Source: an uncultured Acidobacteriota bacterium
GTDB lineage: Bacteria; Acidobacteriota; Terriglobia; UBA7540
Reading direction: 5' to 3'
NCBI GenBank assembly: GCA_963804995.1
Contig: CAWDSK010000003.1
Location: forward strand, 704,001 to 768,000
Length of the DNA: 64,000 nucleotides
The position numbers and the translations under genes were made by a program. Positions 62,246-64,000 of this stretch are shown here, in pieces (within the stretch, counting starts at the first letter, position 1; each line of letters opens with the position of its first letter). Below the pieces are notes generated by a model. It saw only the letters and a list, made by a program, of their open reading frames with translations. It searched no databases and was not told the origin of the DNA.

Positions 62246-63391
62246 TCAGTTGGGTTGCAGGACCCAGTGGAGAGCGTTTCCGTGATACAGCTTGCGCAGA
62301 ACGGGTTCGGGGAGCTTAAGGCCTTGATACTTCTTCCCGTCGTATTCTACCCACTCGTCTGTCGCGAAGTACCTCCAATCCCTCAAGTACTCCTCTTCCC
62401 AATGATGTAACCTCTGTGCGGTGTCAGCCCACGGCATAAGACTCAGGTCGGTGCCATAGAGGACGCGATCCTGATATTTGATCAGGAAGGCACGCACCTT
62501 CTCGGGCGCCTGCCTCATGAGATAAATGGTTCGGGCCGCCGTATCGACAGCGAAGTTCGGGTAGCGGTCGAGGCGCTGAGCGATTTCGTCCACATCCACT
62601 TCCATGCTTCCCAGGTGGCAACCTACGACGCGCAATCGAGGGTTGTTCGCCAGCAGGCGATCACGTGCGGCGAGAATGGTTTCCTTGGAAGGGTGATCGG
62701 GGTGGAGGTACATGAACCAGTCCGGGTTAGCCTTGTAGTAGCTGTAGTCTGGATTTGCAGGGTCCAGAGGGCGCCAGCTTGAGGTGGGTTCGGCTATATG
62801 TGCGAACACCGTGCGGTTGTGCGCGACGATATCCGCCCAGATGGGGTTGAAGACGGGGTCATCGGGCATCAGGTAGGTGCCGTCCCGTTTCTTCAGCTCC
62901 ATGCCGATACTCTTATAAATCTTCACCGCGACGGCGCCTTCCGTGAACGTTTCGTTGAGCACTTTAATGGATCGCTCCGCAAACCCAGGCGTCTCAAAGT
63001 CCTGAGGATCAAAAGTGGAGCACCAAGCGGCGCGGCCACCCGTGCTATGCAGGATTTCTCGTGCCGTCTGATGCTGCGGGGGAGCTTCTTCATAGCCGCG
63101 GTCGTGTTTGTCCACGACACAGATATTGAGGATGCGCAGGTTCAGTCGCTTCAAAAATGTCGCGAACGCCGGATCGTTCTTAAAAACGTGGGCGTGGGAA
63201 TCAATGGGCGATAGTGCCGAGAACTTATCCAGAACAGACTCCCCATGCGCCCCTTGTCCAAACGCGAAGTTGCCTGTTCCCATGGCACCAAAACAACAGA
63301 AAACTGTCAGCAGAATCAAAAGCACGTGGAGAGACGGCGCGGCCTCCCATCCTGGACGAGTGCGGCTGGATCCGAATGTGTGCGAGTTCAC
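62246..63391 (-). CDS. Amidohydrolase_2-family metallohydrolase, probably secreted
   Basis: IDSHAH, AVKIYK, HIAE, GCHLG, YGTD. Confidence 0.85.
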   Translation of the reverse strand: MNSHTFGSSRTRPGWEAAPSLHVLLILLTVFCCFGAMGTGNFAFGQGAHGESVLDKFSALSPIDSHAHVFKNDPAFATFLKRLNLRILNICVVDKHDRGYEEAPPQHQTAREILHSTGGRAAWCSTFDPQDFETPGFAERSIKVLNETFTEGAVAVKIYKSIGMELKKRDGTYLMPDDPVFNPIWADIVAHNRTVFAHIAEPTSSWRPLDPANPDYSYYKANPDWFMYLHPDHPSKETILAARDRLLANNPRLRVVGCHLGSMEVDVDEIAQRLDRYPNFAVDTAARTIYLMRQAPEKVRAFLIKYQDRVLYGTDLSLMPWADTAQRLHHWEEEYLRDWRYFATDEWVEYDGKKYQGLKLPEPVLRKLYHGNALHWVLQPN

Positions 63392-63566
63392 AGTGACCTC
63401 CAGATGAAGAAGATGAAAAGCTAAATGATCTTATATCACCACTAAAAGCCTGGAGGTAGCGCTGACCTTGAGGTCAGCACCTGCCGACCCTTCCCTCCGT
63501 TCAGGGCAGGCTCTAAAGGCGGGCGCAGGGCGGCGGAGCCGCAAACAAAACGTGGCACGGCCGACC

Positions 63567-63694
63567 GAAGGTGTGAAAAAATACCATTTTCACCGCTGAG
63601 TCGCTGAGACGCAGAGAAATGACCCTTTGTTTTCAAACCTCAGCGCCTCCGCGTCTCCGCGGTGAAAGGTTTGATAGGATTTTTTCACAGCTTC
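63567..63694 (+). mobile_element. 128-bp MITE, copy 2
   Basis: Same TIRs as 29465-29592; ACC target duplication. Confidence 0.92.
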
Positions 63695-63856
63695 ACCTGC
63701 CCGTGGCACAACGTCGTAGGCGGGCGCACACCCGGCGGCCAGATGGCACGCTGGTCTCTGGACAGCGAAATTGCGGTTCGGAACGAGCCGGTGGGGTGTA
63801 TACTGGCCTGACTCGGGGTGCCAGAGTGAAAATTCTAGTTGATAACGAGGCGGTTG

Positions 63857-64000
63857 ATGGACGCAGATAAGGACAGGGCAGTTCCCCGATACAGGTTTGG
63901 GATAAGGGGTACGTTGCACTCGCCCATAGGGTGCGCCGGTGCGAATGTTACGGTTCGGGAAATCAGTACACTAGGTTGCCAACTCGATTACGTGGAGGGT
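63857..64000 (+). CDS. PilZ-domain protein, 3'-truncated by window
   Basis: MDADKDRAVPRY (RxxxR) and EISTLG (D/NxSxxG-like); GAGG RBS; absent from the ORF track. Confidence 0.7.
   Translation, partial: MDADKDRAVPRYRFGIRGTLHSPIGCAGANVTVREISTLGCQLDYVEG

Overview
This is a GC-rich bacterial chromosomal window. The gene families suggest Acidobacteriota/Terriglobia (inference). It contains about 45 coding regions: a sortase-VWA-substrate locus, a large secreted lyase-like protein, an ECF sigma/anti-sigma pair, two Tat-signal UxuA-like paralogs, a type III PKS cluster, amrS, groES-groEL with two CIRCE boxes, several Tat hydrolases/oxidoreductases, an XRE regulator with a convergent partner, a TonB receptor, a homospermidine synthase-ornithine decarboxylase-argA cluster, MscS, an amidohydrolase and a partial PilZ gene. 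There is one complete IS5-family element (17-bp TIRs, TAA TSD) and three toxin-antitoxin loci, two of them broken. The most striking unexplained signal is intergenic: nested non-autonomous repeats. These are GTAG-REP doublets, a 128-bp MITE with 3-bp TSDs, heptamer-tract inverted repeats and roughly 17-40 nt micro-hairpins. They insert into each other and into genes, and in places supply stop codons or terminator arms. Several 1-2 nt frameshifts and Asp-to-Asn changes in a CGAC context suggest imperfect long-read consensus, so frameshift-only pseudogene calls are provisional. No rRNA, tRNA or CRISPR array was seen. All family calls come from motif recognition, not database searches.
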